Shown here in pieces: positions 36,628 through 46,105 of a DNA stretch of 64,000 nucleotides; positions within the stretch are counted from its first letter, which is position 1, and each line of letters starts with the position of its first letter. Made by a program: the position numbers and the translations under genes. The notes beneath the pieces were generated by a model. The model was given only the letters and a program-made list of their open reading frames with translations, had not been told where the DNA came from and ran no database searches. The stretch comes from a virus (lineage: Duplodnaviria > Heunggongvirae > Uroviricota > Caudoviricetes), in IMG/VR virus record IMGVR_UViG_3300028591_000006, positions 64,001 to 128,000 of that record; one strand, written 5' to 3'.

Positions 36628-39033
36628 TTAAGCATTTACTAACGCCACGTTAATGTTGATTACTTCGGAATCTTTCATGATTGCAACTTCGATAGGAATT
36701 GTCAAAGTTCTTCCTGCCTTCTGTGCCTCAGCAAAGGTAGGCATGTTAATCTTGAAGGAGTATACGAAGTTCTTAGTCTGCAAGTCAGTAAGAATCTTTG
36801 TAAGTCCAGATTCCTGATTAAGGAGGTCTGTTGGCGTACTATAACGGAATACAAACTGCTGCTCAAAAGTAACAATCTGTTCACGAATCTGGTCAACAAT
36901 AAATACCGGAGCAATATATGAAAGGTCTGTATTGAGAGCGTATGTAGTTCTCTGTTCCCACATCATTGTTCCGTTATTTGTACTTCTCTGCCAGTTAATG
37001 CGATTTGTTTTAAGTTCTGTTCCAAACTTTTCATAATCACATTCCATAAGTTTTTCAACAGAGATATTACCATAAGTAGCACCAGCTGGTGGATAACAAA
37101 GATAACCATAGCTGCTGAGCATATCTGCAAGAATAGCAACATAGTTGACTGAAGGGTAAACATAAATATATTTGTCTTCTTCAATCTCAACTTCATCAGG
37201 TCTTGAACCAATTGCTACGTATTCATTGGTATAAACATTCTTTTTCCAATTTTCCAAGTCAGAATAGAATTTGAATGCCGGAGCATCGACAAAAGTGTGC
37301 ATAAAGTAATCTTTTGCCTTCGCAGCAATCTTGTTTGCAACCTTGTAGTTTGTGATACCATTCATTGCAATAACGTTACATGGTGAAGTTTCAAGTGGTG
37401 TGAGGTCAATTTCAGATGCAACGATATTGTTACTTCCGTTAGAACCGTTGTCAAGAGTGAAATAATCTCTGATAGCATCCCAGTTAGAAGAGATATTACC
37501 GTTGATAAACAGCTGTACATCACCGAAATCGAGATTCTTCCAGTAAATATCCGATTCTGAATTTGTAGACATATCTACTGACTTCTTAATGCGATACTGA
37601 CTATCGGCATAATCGGCAATGGTTACTCTCCAATCTTTAACTGATACAGGAATACGTTCTACTGTATAGTATGAATCTTTAGAAGGCTGAGCAACAAGTT
37701 CCATCGTAAGTGTATTTTCTGCATCCCATGATGCTGTACCAATTGCATTTACCTGACTTACATATTCGTAAGTGTAAATGTTATGAGAGATAGTAATATT
37801 AGTTGCAGAATTAAGAGCTGCAATAATATCAATGTTTGTTTCTGGTGCAGGATTTACAACAATCATTGTACTTGAAAGAGAAACAACTTTTCTCCATACA
37901 TCCATGTTCTGCTGATACATACCTGTTTCTACAGAACGAGTATAAACATAATATTTGAGTTCACCAAATTTACTTCCAGCATAAAGATTTGAAAGTTCTG
38001 TATTTACATTAGCGTTTGTAATCTCTACAACTTCAGAAGTTCCCCAAGTAGTATTAAGTTTTCTGATTTCATAGAATGTTGTTCCTGCATCTGCTGTTCC
38101 ATACCAGTGAGCCGGTGAAAGATACGTTTCTGTTCCGTCAGCGATATAAACATCTGCAAAGGCTGTAGGACTTCCCTTTGTTCCTTCAGGTGTAATTTCT
38201 GCAAGGTCTTCATTGTAACTCTTACCATCAAGTTCCCACACGTTATCATGAACATCATAATTGGTATTTCTTACAGTACCAATCACCTTTGGAGTTCCAG
38301 GTTCTCCCTGAGGCTCAACAGTCTCCTGCATAAGAGCATTATAGAACTTTGTACCATCAGTCCAGATATTGTACAAATCTACAGTTATCACATCCGTGAT
38401 GATTTCTCCATCTACAACTTTATACACACGAAGTTCATCGTCGTGATTAAGCATGATAACTGCAACTACAGATTCACCAACAGAATCATAAAGTACACAA
38501 CCGTTCTTAATTGTCTTACCATAAAGATTCTTTTCTTCTCGTGGAGAAACATCTTCGATAACAATCGTTTGTGGAGTTGAAGGAGATGCACCTTCATTAG
38601 GAACTGAACTTGAGATAGGAAGTGGTGCAAATTTAATTGCAGTAACACCAGCATCTCCTACACTAGTATTTGCTGCAGCAAGAACCGGTGTAGGGTCAAG
38701 CATTGTAATATCTTCAAATGTTTCACAATCTTCATTTGATTCTTTATTAGAAGATGTAGAGACAAAGTAAGCATTTGCCATTTTAGCATTCTGATTAAGA
38801 CGCCAGACATATGCGTAACTTACCTTTTCAAGAATCTTAGCAAGACCATAATAATTAGCATTATAATCAAGGTCATAACCAAGAATATCCTTGAAGTTTT
38901 CAGCTGTTACATAATTCATTCCAAGTTTACCTTTTGTAGTAAGCATTGGAATTATTGTTCTGAGTAATGACGCACCGCCAGTCTGAAATGACTGGTCATC
39001 AATTGTCAAATATACACCGCTCTGTTTATCCAT
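36628..39033 (-). CDS. Tail sheath protein (gp18-like) with large insertion
   Basis: SGVY..I.D.S N-terminus; VDAP, PPAG...G.I, RIN, MWEQRT...LSYI C-terminal sheath motifs; late promoter 39059-39068. Confidence 0.85.
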   Translation of the reverse strand: MDKQSGVYLTIDDQSFQTGGASLLRTIIPMLTTKGKLGMNYVTAENFKDILGYDLDYNANYYGLAKILEKVSYAYVWRLNQNAKMANAYFVSTSSNKESNEDCETFEDITMLDPTPVLAAANTSVGDAGVTAIKFAPLPISSSVPNEGASPSTPQTIVIEDVSPREEKNLYGKTIKNGCVLYDSVGESVVAVIMLNHDDELRVYKVVDGEIITDVITVDLYNIWTDGTKFYNALMQETVEPQGEPGTPKVIGTVRNTNYDVHDNVWELDGKSYNEDLAEITPEGTKGSPTAFADVYIADGTETYLSPAHWYGTADAGTTFYEIRKLNTTWGTSEVVEITNANVNTELSNLYAGSKFGELKYYVYTRSVETGMYQQNMDVWRKVVSLSSTMIVVNPAPETNIDIIAALNSATNITISHNIYTYEYVSQVNAIGTASWDAENTLTMELVAQPSKDSYYTVERIPVSVKDWRVTIADYADSQYRIKKSVDMSTNSESDIYWKNLDFGDVQLFINGNISSNWDAIRDYFTLDNGSNGSNNIVASEIDLTPLETSPCNVIAMNGITNYKVANKIAAKAKDYFMHTFVDAPAFKFYSDLENWKKNVYTNEYVAIGSRPDEVEIEEDKYIYVYPSVNYVAILADMLSSYGYLCYPPAGATYGNISVEKLMECDYEKFGTELKTNRINWQRSTNNGTMMWEQRTTYALNTDLSYIAPVFIVDQIREQIVTFEQQFVFRYSTPTDLLNQESGLTKILTDLQTKNFVYSFKINMPTFAEAQKAGRTLTIPIEVAIMKDSEVININVALVNA

Positions 39034-39070
39034 AATAGAATTCTCCTTAATGATTAATAAATATATAATC

Positions 39071-40024
39071 TTAGTTTATTACCAAAGTATTGTTGTTATG
39101 GTAAATATTAATATTCTCCTGTTTTACCGGAGATATAACGAGTCTATTTGCAAAAGAATCTAATAAGCTGCCACTACCTTGTGGCGGATTGTTTACCTTG
39201 CTTGCATCCACCATAGCAAATATTCCACCATGTACATTTGGAAGAGGCAATTCGTCACCATAATTTGCAAGGTAGAATCCCTGGCTTTGCAGAGAGAACG
39301 CATTATAATTCCCCGGCATAAATCCACGTTCAGTATCAAGTTCAATAGTATATTTCAGATTCTCAAGTTTTTTACATCCGGAATTACCAGTTATATATCC
39401 TGAAAATAAATCATTATGACAACGTACTTCGAGAGTATTGTAATGACCTGTCATTCTTCTCGGACTTACAAGTGATAACCAACAGTTAGGATTCCAACCT
39501 TCTTTTATGAGGAGTGCATCACTGATATCCGCACCGCTTGTACGGATTGAGAAGACTCTTGTAGGTTTACCAGTTCCATCATATCCAAGGTATGTCTGAA
39601 CTGTAGCTATAATGATTCCCTTAAACTCGGCTATTGCACTTCCATCAAGAGTTACAAATTCACCAAACCACTGAGGTTGGGTTGTTCCTTTGTTTGTAAA
39701 AGAATATGTAAACCCAATTGCAATATCCGATGTTGTTACATTTAACGTAACTATCGCTTCTGTTGTTATCTTTACAATTTTGTGGGTGTATTTTTCTCCG
39801 TTTTCATCTGTATATGCTGATTCAATATCTGTTGGAATGATGAGCATAGAAAACGGATATATAGTTACTTCTGCTCCGGATGACGTTACTTCTGGTCGCA
39901 TTAAAGGTCTTGTAAGAAGACCTTCATTAGACAAACCAGCCATAAAGGTATTAAGATAGTCAGCCTGTAAAGGTGTAGAAAATTTCCACCCAATTTTCTG
40001 TTTTCCGGTGTCTGTACTTGGCAA
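39071..40024 (-). CDS. Late structural protein, function unknown
   Basis: TTG start with AAGGAG; late promoter 40052-40061. Confidence 0.6.
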   Translation of the reverse strand: MPSTDTGKQKIGWKFSTPLQADYLNTFMAGLSNEGLLTRPLMRPEVTSSGAEVTIYPFSMLIIPTDIESAYTDENGEKYTHKIVKITTEAIVTLNVTTSDIAIGFTYSFTNKGTTQPQWFGEFVTLDGSAIAEFKGIIIATVQTYLGYDGTGKPTRVFSIRTSGADISDALLIKEGWNPNCWLSLVSPRRMTGHYNTLEVRCHNDLFSGYITGNSGCKKLENLKYTIELDTERGFMPGNYNAFSLQSQGFYLANYGDELPLPNVHGGIFAMVDASKVNNPPQGSGSLLDSFANRLVISPVKQENINIYHNNNTLVIN

Positions 40025-40096
40025 TTTAATTCTCCTTTTAATCTGTTACATAAATATATAAATCATCAAAAATTTATAAACTTTTTTATTTTTTTG

Positions 40097-40140
40097 TTGA
40101 CAAACATTTTAGTAAGTATTATAATCAATTACAGAAAGGT
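40097..40140 (+). promoter_or_regulatory. Early sigma70 promoter, class B
   Basis: TTGACA-17-TATAAT-CAATTACAGAAAGGTTGA; second copy at 44742. Confidence 0.85.
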
Positions 40141-40165
40141 TGAGAGAAACCTTAAGGAGCAAATT

Positions 40166-40522
40166 ATGTATTCAAGAACAATCAATGTAAACAACAAAGA
40201 TTACAATTTTATCGCAGCTTTCCGCAAGAACAGAAGTGGGTTCGTACATGAGTGCGAACTTCATATCGGTTTCCAGCAGTTCGACAGTAAGGCACAGTAT
40301 TACAACAGAACCTGGGAATGTTATGAATTTCAGAGTGTAATGTGTAGTGCCCTTTATGATTACAAAGAATATATTACAAATCATCTTAAGGAAACATTCC
40401 TTGCAGAACGTGGTTATAAGAGAATGACACCAAAACTTAAGGCTGAGTTTGAACTTTTCTGTGCAAACAATCAGCAGCTTAAAGATATTGCTAAGGTTCG
40501 TGAAGAACTTGAGCACCGCTAA
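40166..40522 (+). CDS. Early hypothetical protein
   Basis: AAGGAGCAAATT-ATG at 40166. Confidence 0.75.
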   Translation: MYSRTINVNNKDYNFIAAFRKNRSGFVHECELHIGFQQFDSKAQYYNRTWECYEFQSVMCSALYDYKEYITNHLKETFLAERGYKRMTPKLKAEFELFCANNQQLKDIAKVREELEHR

Positions 40523-40569
40523 TTTTCAAATATGGTTTCCGGTTATCCTTAAAACCGGAAGGAGTAAAT

Positions 40570-41070
40570 ATGAATTTCGATGTTAAATCGGGAGAAAAAC
40601 TTCCGAATGGTGATGTATCACAGTTTATGACAGTGATGAACAAAGAACTTTCTTCAATCAAAGAGAAAGGAACCACAGAAGGTCTTACAATTCAGGACAA
40701 GGCACATTTCTTGGCTGTAGCTCGTAACCTTACAAGTGCAATTGAGTATTACACAAAATTGTGGGGTGCTGAAGTTGCAAATCAGGATACAGGCTTTGAA
40801 TTCAAAGACCTTGGACTTATTGTTTCTTCAAAAGCAGGTGGAAATACAACCGAAATCAGTTCAGAGATTTTCGATGTACTTACTGTAGAAGAAATCAAGA
40901 AGGTTGCAAAGGTTACAGAAAAGGCTCTTAAGGATAATGGTATGTCTGACTTTATTGAAAAGTTCAAGAAAGTTACAGGTACTAGAGCAAACTTAGTACA
41001 GTACAAATCGATTACATCTGTTCTTACTTCAGAAGGTGTTAAAACAATGCCAACATCAAAAACATATTAA
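40570..41070 (+). CDS. Early hypothetical protein
   Basis: 166 aa with AAGGAG. Confidence 0.7.
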   Translation: MNFDVKSGEKLPNGDVSQFMTVMNKELSSIKEKGTTEGLTIQDKAHFLAVARNLTSAIEYYTKLWGAEVANQDTGFEFKDLGLIVSSKAGGNTTEISSEIFDVLTVEEIKKVAKVTEKALKDNGMSDFIEKFKKVTGTRANLVQYKSITSVLTSEGVKTMPTSKTY

Positions 41071-41078
41071 AAACTATT

Positions 41079-41100
41079 TAGTAGGTCTTCGGACCTACTA
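41079..41100 (+). terminator. cUUCGg stem-loop
   Basis: TAGTAGGTC-TTCG-GACCTACTA. Confidence 0.75.
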
Positions 41101-41166
41101 CAAATCATTAAGAACTGTTGCAGTTTTGTTAGTTTCTGTTACAAAAATTAACAAGGAGTAAACTTT

Positions 41167-43203
41167 ATGAGTTTTGTTAAATTCAGAGATGCTATCATCA
41201 CACATTTTGATGATATGCAGAAAAAGTACGACAATTTGTTTGTCGTAGATTTGGACAAAGATAAGTTCTACGAATTTTACCTTTCAGTTTATCCGGAAGG
41301 AACAAATCCAATGTTCCGTGAACGCACTGAACATGACTGTTCTACATGTCGCCACTTTATCAAATCAATCGGTAATGTTGTTGGTATTAAGGAGGGTAAG
41401 ATTGAAACAATCTGGGATGTTACTGTTGATGACAAGACTTATCAGATTGTTGCAAATGCAATGGCTGATTATGTAAAGACAAAAGCCATTCAGGATTTCT
41501 ACTTCTCAAAAGAATCTTCAGCAGGTTGTCTTGAAAATTATGAACAGAGTGAAGACGGTTCTGTAAGGACTTGGCAACACTTCTATTTGAAGGTTCCACA
41601 GAAGTATGTAACATTTGGTGTAGATGAAAAGAAAGCACAAATGCGTGATATTCGTAACGTATTCTTCCGTTCACTTTCGGAATTCTCAATCAGCAGCATT
41701 GATACAGTTCTTGAACTTATCGCTCAGAATTCATTGTATCGTGGAAATGAATGGGAAGCTAACTTGAAGAAGTTGCGTGGATATAAAATTGCTTTTGACA
41801 AGCTTGATGAAAAGGAAAAGGAACTGTTCGCTTGGGAAAAGGCAGGTGAAGCCGGTATTGCTGTAGGTAAGATTCGCAATCATTCAATTGGAACACTTCT
41901 TATTGATATCAATGAAGGAATGGATTTGGACCAGGCAGTTACCCGCTACGAGAAAGTTGTAGCACCAACAAACTACAAAAGACCAAAAGCAATTTTTACA
42001 CAGAAGATGGTTGAAGAAGCACAGAACAAGATTACTGAACTCGGTTATTCAGATTCTCTTGCACGACGATTTGCAACAATTGATGATATTACAGTAAACA
42101 ATATCCTCTTCTCAAATCGTGACGTAGCAAAAGAAAAGAACCTTGATGTATTCGGTGAACTTAAATCTGAAGCAACTTCAAATCCAAACAAATTCAACAA
42201 GGTTGAAGAAATCAGTCCTGAGAAGTTTGTACAGAATGTTCTTCCTACCGCTCGTGAACTTGAAGTTTATTTCGATGGTAAGAACGAAAAGAATCTTTGT
42301 TCACTTATCGCACCAAAGAATAAAGGTGCAAAGACAATGTTTAAGTGGAACAACGGTTTTTCATGGGCTTACAAAGGAAACATTACTGATTCACTTATTA
42401 AAGAGAACGTAAAGAATGCCGGTGGAAACGTTACAGGTGATTTGCGATTCTCAATTCAGTGGAATGATAACGGTGACAACAATAATGACTTTGACGCACA
42501 TTGTACAGAATGTTTTGCGGGTGGCAGACACAATGAAATCTATTATTGCGACAAACGAAGCGTATACACTCGTGGTCAGCTTGATGTAGACATTATTCAG
42601 CCAAACGGTAAGGTTGCGGTAGAGAATATTTATTGGACTTCACGAAATACAATGTCTGACGGAAAGTACATTTTCTATGTACACAATTTCAATCATCGTG
42701 GTGGACGTTCTGGATTCTCAGCAGAAATTGAGTTTGACGGAACAATCTATAAGTTCTGTTATGACAAGGAACTTCGCCAGAATGAAAAGGTAATGGTTGC
42801 GGAAGTAACTTTGAAAGACGGACAGTTTACAATCAAAGAACTTCTTCCTTCAACTACAGCATCAAAAGATATTTGGGGAATCAAGACAAACAGTTTCGTT
42901 CCTGTATCAGTAGTTATGTACTCACCAAACTATTGGGATGAACAGGATGGAATCGGTAATAAGCATTACATGTTTATGCTGAAAGGTTGTGTCAATGATG
43001 AAACACCTAACGGATTCTTCAATGAATATCTTAAACCTGAGCTTGAAGTTCACAGAAGAGTTTTTGAGGCTCTTGGTTCTAAGATGAAATGTGAAGATTC
43101 AGAAAATCAGTTGTCTGGACTTGGATTCTCCGCTACAAAGCGTGATGAATTGGTTGTAAAAGTAATCGGTTCAACAGAACGTTTGTTGAAAATTAAATTC
43201 TAA
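41167..43203 (+). CDS. Large conserved phage protein with TerD-like C-terminal region
   Basis: GDLRFSIQWN...DFDAHC...LDVD..P..VENI..Y.F.VHNF pattern. Confidence 0.6.
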   Translation: MSFVKFRDAIITHFDDMQKKYDNLFVVDLDKDKFYEFYLSVYPEGTNPMFRERTEHDCSTCRHFIKSIGNVVGIKEGKIETIWDVTVDDKTYQIVANAMADYVKTKAIQDFYFSKESSAGCLENYEQSEDGSVRTWQHFYLKVPQKYVTFGVDEKKAQMRDIRNVFFRSLSEFSISSIDTVLELIAQNSLYRGNEWEANLKKLRGYKIAFDKLDEKEKELFAWEKAGEAGIAVGKIRNHSIGTLLIDINEGMDLDQAVTRYEKVVAPTNYKRPKAIFTQKMVEEAQNKITELGYSDSLARRFATIDDITVNNILFSNRDVAKEKNLDVFGELKSEATSNPNKFNKVEEISPEKFVQNVLPTARELEVYFDGKNEKNLCSLIAPKNKGAKTMFKWNNGFSWAYKGNITDSLIKENVKNAGGNVTGDLRFSIQWNDNGDNNNDFDAHCTECFAGGRHNEIYYCDKRSVYTRGQLDVDIIQPNGKVAVENIYWTSRNTMSDGKYIFYVHNFNHRGGRSGFSAEIEFDGTIYKFCYDKELRQNEKVMVAEVTLKDGQFTIKELLPSTTASKDIWGIKTNSFVPVSVVMYSPNYWDEQDGIGNKHYMFMLKGCVNDETPNGFFNEYLKPELEVHRRVFEALGSKMKCEDSENQLSGLGFSATKRDELVVKVIGSTERLLKIKF

Positions 43204-43219
43204 ATAAAGGAGTAAAGTT

Positions 43220-43594
43220 ATGGAAAAACTTTTTGAAACAGCAAGCAAAATGAAGGTTCGTTTTAATTACCGTGGAGTAATTACTACAGAAGATTTGTGG
43301 GATTTGGATGTAAAAGCATTGGATTACATTTATAAGCAGCTTATGGTTGCAAAGAAGGAATCCGAAACAGAAAGTCTTCTTGAAGAAAAGAAAACAAATC
43401 CAATTCTTGAAGTTCAGATTGAAATTGTAAAACACATTTTCAACGTAAAGGTTGAAGAACGTAAAGCTGCAGAATTGCAGGCTGAAAATGCCGCAAAGAA
43501 ACAGAAGATTCTTTCAATCCTTGCCCGTAAACAGGACGCTGAACTTGAAAACAAGTCTGCTGAGGAGCTTGAAGCACTCATTAAAGACTTGTAA
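43220..43594 (+). CDS. Coiled-coil partner of the 678-aa protein
   Basis: FETASK.K.RF...G....EDLWDL motif. Confidence 0.7.
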   Translation: MEKLFETASKMKVRFNYRGVITTEDLWDLDVKALDYIYKQLMVAKKESETESLLEEKKTNPILEVQIEIVKHIFNVKVEERKAAELQAENAAKKQKILSILARKQDAELENKSAEELEALIKDL

Positions 43595-43626
43595 TTGATT
43601 AAAGTGGTGAACATTTAATGAATAAC

Positions 43627-43703
43627 GGATAGGGATACCACTTAAACCGAATCCCTATCCACCGTAGTCTGCCGGTCCTACAACAAAGTATCAAAGACCG
43701 GCA
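43627..43703. terminator. Tandem large-loop hairpins between convergent genes
   Basis: 10-bp stem 43627-43660 and 8-bp stem 43670-43703. Confidence 0.55.
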
Positions 43704-43708
43704 AACTT

Positions 43709-44674
43709 TTATTCACCTACAAATGCACCTTCTTCAAAATCTTTTTCTTCAAAACCGTAATCTTCAAAATCAGCATCTACATCCAGGATATAATTATGAG
43801 CCGTATCAAAGAAAACTCTATCGTTATCAATTACAATGAATACCTCTCCATCTCCGGATTCCTGAATGACATCTCTCATTGAAACACCATCGTCACTATC
43901 AATCTCCCACCACATGCCTTTTATATCTTCAAACTCATAGTCTTCCGGGAGATGTACATTATATTCATCAAAATCTTCTTCAGAATTAATTTGTACGAAA
44001 GAAGTACCAGATGGACTGTTCTCTTCATCATCTTCATCAAGGTCACCTTCAAGGACATTATCGTCTTCAGGTTTTTCAATACCAACGAGAATATTATCAT
44101 CGGTTTCTTCTACGGTAAGGTCTACAGCCGATTCAATACTCTCCGGTGCCTCATCAACGCTTACTGTATACAGACCGATTTTAACCTTTACATCATCGTC
44201 ATCTTCGATAAGTTTATTAATCTCGGTTACGTCTTTATGAGTAATAATATCATCACATTCAATGACATTATCTTCCCCGGCTTCCGTACCAAAGTAATCT
44301 TCAAGTTCTCCGACAACAGAATCAACAGATGATTTTACAATCCCATTCTGTTTCCATTTCTCAACTATTTTCTTTGCCTCACGTTTTCCTTTACCGTTTT
44401 GTGTAAGTCTATTCATGGCTTCTTCTTCCTTGATTTTACCCAGAGCGAACTGGTCTTTAATATCACCGATAGCTGATGATTCTATAGTTTCTTTGGTATA
44501 TTCAGTAAATGCCTTATCGAAATCATCTTCGCTCATTTCAGCGAAGTCATCATAAACATGAAAATAATCTTCGAGTGCAGCTCTCAGGTCTGCCTTATTT
44601 TCAAATGTAGCTTTAAGTTCATCTACATCAGCTGCCTGTTCTTCCGTAATATTGAATATGTCTTTAGTATTCAT
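43709..44674 (-). CDS. Very acidic late protein, IKS-motif family (scaffold/core-like)
   Basis: TIESSA, IVKSSV, SIESAV motifs; late promoter variant 44695-44704. Confidence 0.65.
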   Translation of the reverse strand: MNTKDIFNITEEQAADVDELKATFENKADLRAALEDYFHVYDDFAEMSEDDFDKAFTEYTKETIESSAIGDIKDQFALGKIKEEEAMNRLTQNGKGKREAKKIVEKWKQNGIVKSSVDSVVGELEDYFGTEAGEDNVIECDDIITHKDVTEINKLIEDDDDVKVKIGLYTVSVDEAPESIESAVDLTVEETDDNILVGIEKPEDDNVLEGDLDEDDEENSPSGTSFVQINSEEDFDEYNVHLPEDYEFEDIKGMWWEIDSDDGVSMRDVIQESGDGEVFIVIDNDRVFFDTAHNYILDVDADFEDYGFEEKDFEEGAFVGE

Positions 44675-44741
44675 AACAATATTCTCCTATAGAAAGATAT
44701 ATAAATCTTACAGAATAATTATAGAAAATTTTATTTTTTTG

Positions 44742-44788
44742 TTGACAAATATTTTACTAAGTATTATAATCAATTACAGAAAGGTTGA
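44742..44788 (+). promoter_or_regulatory. Early sigma70 promoter, class B
   Basis: TTGACA-17-TATAAT; near-identical to 40097 copy. Confidence 0.85.
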
Positions 44789-44814
44789 AAAAAGAACTTT
44801 CTAAGGAGCAAATT

Positions 44815-45120
44815 ATGGAAAGACTTGTTGGAGCAAAAGAAAAGATTATTAATATCTGTGCTGAGTATTTTAATAACTGTGTTAGTGAAAATGGATTCGA
44901 AAGTTTCAAAGAAATGAAATCTAATTACGATTGGGAAGCTGAAGACATCCGTTCAGAAATCTACAGTACAATTAATCATTTTTTGAATGACCTTTACAAC
45001 AATGGTATTGATTATGAAATTACACTTCATGATGATTGTTTTCTTGAAATCTATGAAAACGGTTGGGTTGTAATGTCTTATAAAGATTTGAAGAAAGAAG
45101 TTTTCAATCTTGTAAAATAA
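44815..45120 (+). CDS. Early hypothetical acidic protein
   Basis: AAGGAGCAAATT-ATG at 44815. Confidence 0.7.
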   Translation: MERLVGAKEKIINICAEYFNNCVSENGFESFKEMKSNYDWEAEDIRSEIYSTINHFLNDLYNNGIDYEITLHDDCFLEIYENGWVVMSYKDLKKEVFNLVK

Positions 45121-45306
45121 GGAGCAGATTATGAGATACTATATCGTGAAAATCAGTACAGACGGACAGTACGAAAGATTTCCTACAGTTTATTTTACAA
45201 GAAACGCTGCTCAGAAAATCTGCGACTGGAATAATTCGATGTATTCTGGATACTGGAAGGTATGTGAAGAATAGGGTAAATCTATCATTAAGATAAGGAG
45301 AAAATT

Positions 45307-45660
45307 ATGAAAAATATTATGGTGTGCGGTTCTCGTTCTATCACAAACGAAGAAGTTATCTTTTCAAAATTGAATGATGTTCTAACTCAACATCCTGACA
45401 TGATTCTTATTTCCGGTGGTGCAAAAGGAGTAGATTCTATCGCTGAAAACTGGGCAAAATCACATCATGTTTTTATAAAACAGTTCAAGCCAGACTGGAA
45501 GAAATATGGTCGTGGAGCAGGCATTGTCCGTAATAAACAGATGGTTGAAGAATCCGACAAAGTAATAATCTTTTGGGATGGCATTTCTAAAGGTACAAAA
45601 TCAGACATTGATTTCTGCAAAAAATTCGGAAAAGAACATCTGATTGTGAGACTCATTTAA
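45307..45660 (+). CDS. SLOG-family protein (DUF2493/YspA-like)
   Basis: VCGSR, ISGGAKGVD, DW..YG..AG..RN..MV, FWDG.SKGT. Confidence 0.9.
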   Translation: MKNIMVCGSRSITNEEVIFSKLNDVLTQHPDMILISGGAKGVDSIAENWAKSHHVFIKQFKPDWKKYGRGAGIVRNKQMVEESDKVIIFWDGISKGTKSDIDFCKKFGKEHLIVRLI

Positions 45661-46079
45661 TTATGAGATTCTAAGAATTTACGACTCATTGAAAACACCA
45701 AAGGCTGAATATCAGGAATCAGACGTTTAACCGTATCGAAAGTTAATCCTGTAGATATTGTATTGTCTACAAGGAATTTTGGTTTCTCTGATAGTTTTAT
45801 ATCTGAAACGCTCATTCCTAAATCAATTGCCGCAATATCATCTTTATTCATTCCTTTCTTGATGTTCCTAAGTTCCTGGTCACTAGGGGTTTTAGAGAGG
45901 ATGTCACATACATCTATTTCAAGGTCGCTCCGCAATTCTTTTATTCTATTGCATATATTCAATGTATAAATCGCTTTCCCACCATGCTGAGGTGTTGGAA
46001 TAAGTATGCAACTTTCTTTTAATTGCGGTGCTAAGAATTCTGCAATTTCATTAACATAACGAGAGTTGTTTGTTTTCAC
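45657..46079 (-). CDS. Phosphoribosyltransferase (ComF-like)
   Basis: LIPTP, LVDNTISTGLT PRPP-binding loop variant. Confidence 0.75.
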   Translation of the reverse strand: MKTNNSRYVNEIAEFLAPQLKESCILIPTPQHGGKAIYTLNICNRIKELRSDLEIDVCDILSKTPSDQELRNIKKGMNKDDIAAIDLGMSVSDIKLSEKPKFLVDNTISTGLTFDTVKRLIPDIQPLVFSMSRKFLESHN

Positions 46080-46105
46080 ACCTTTTATGACAGAAGATAC
46101 ATATC

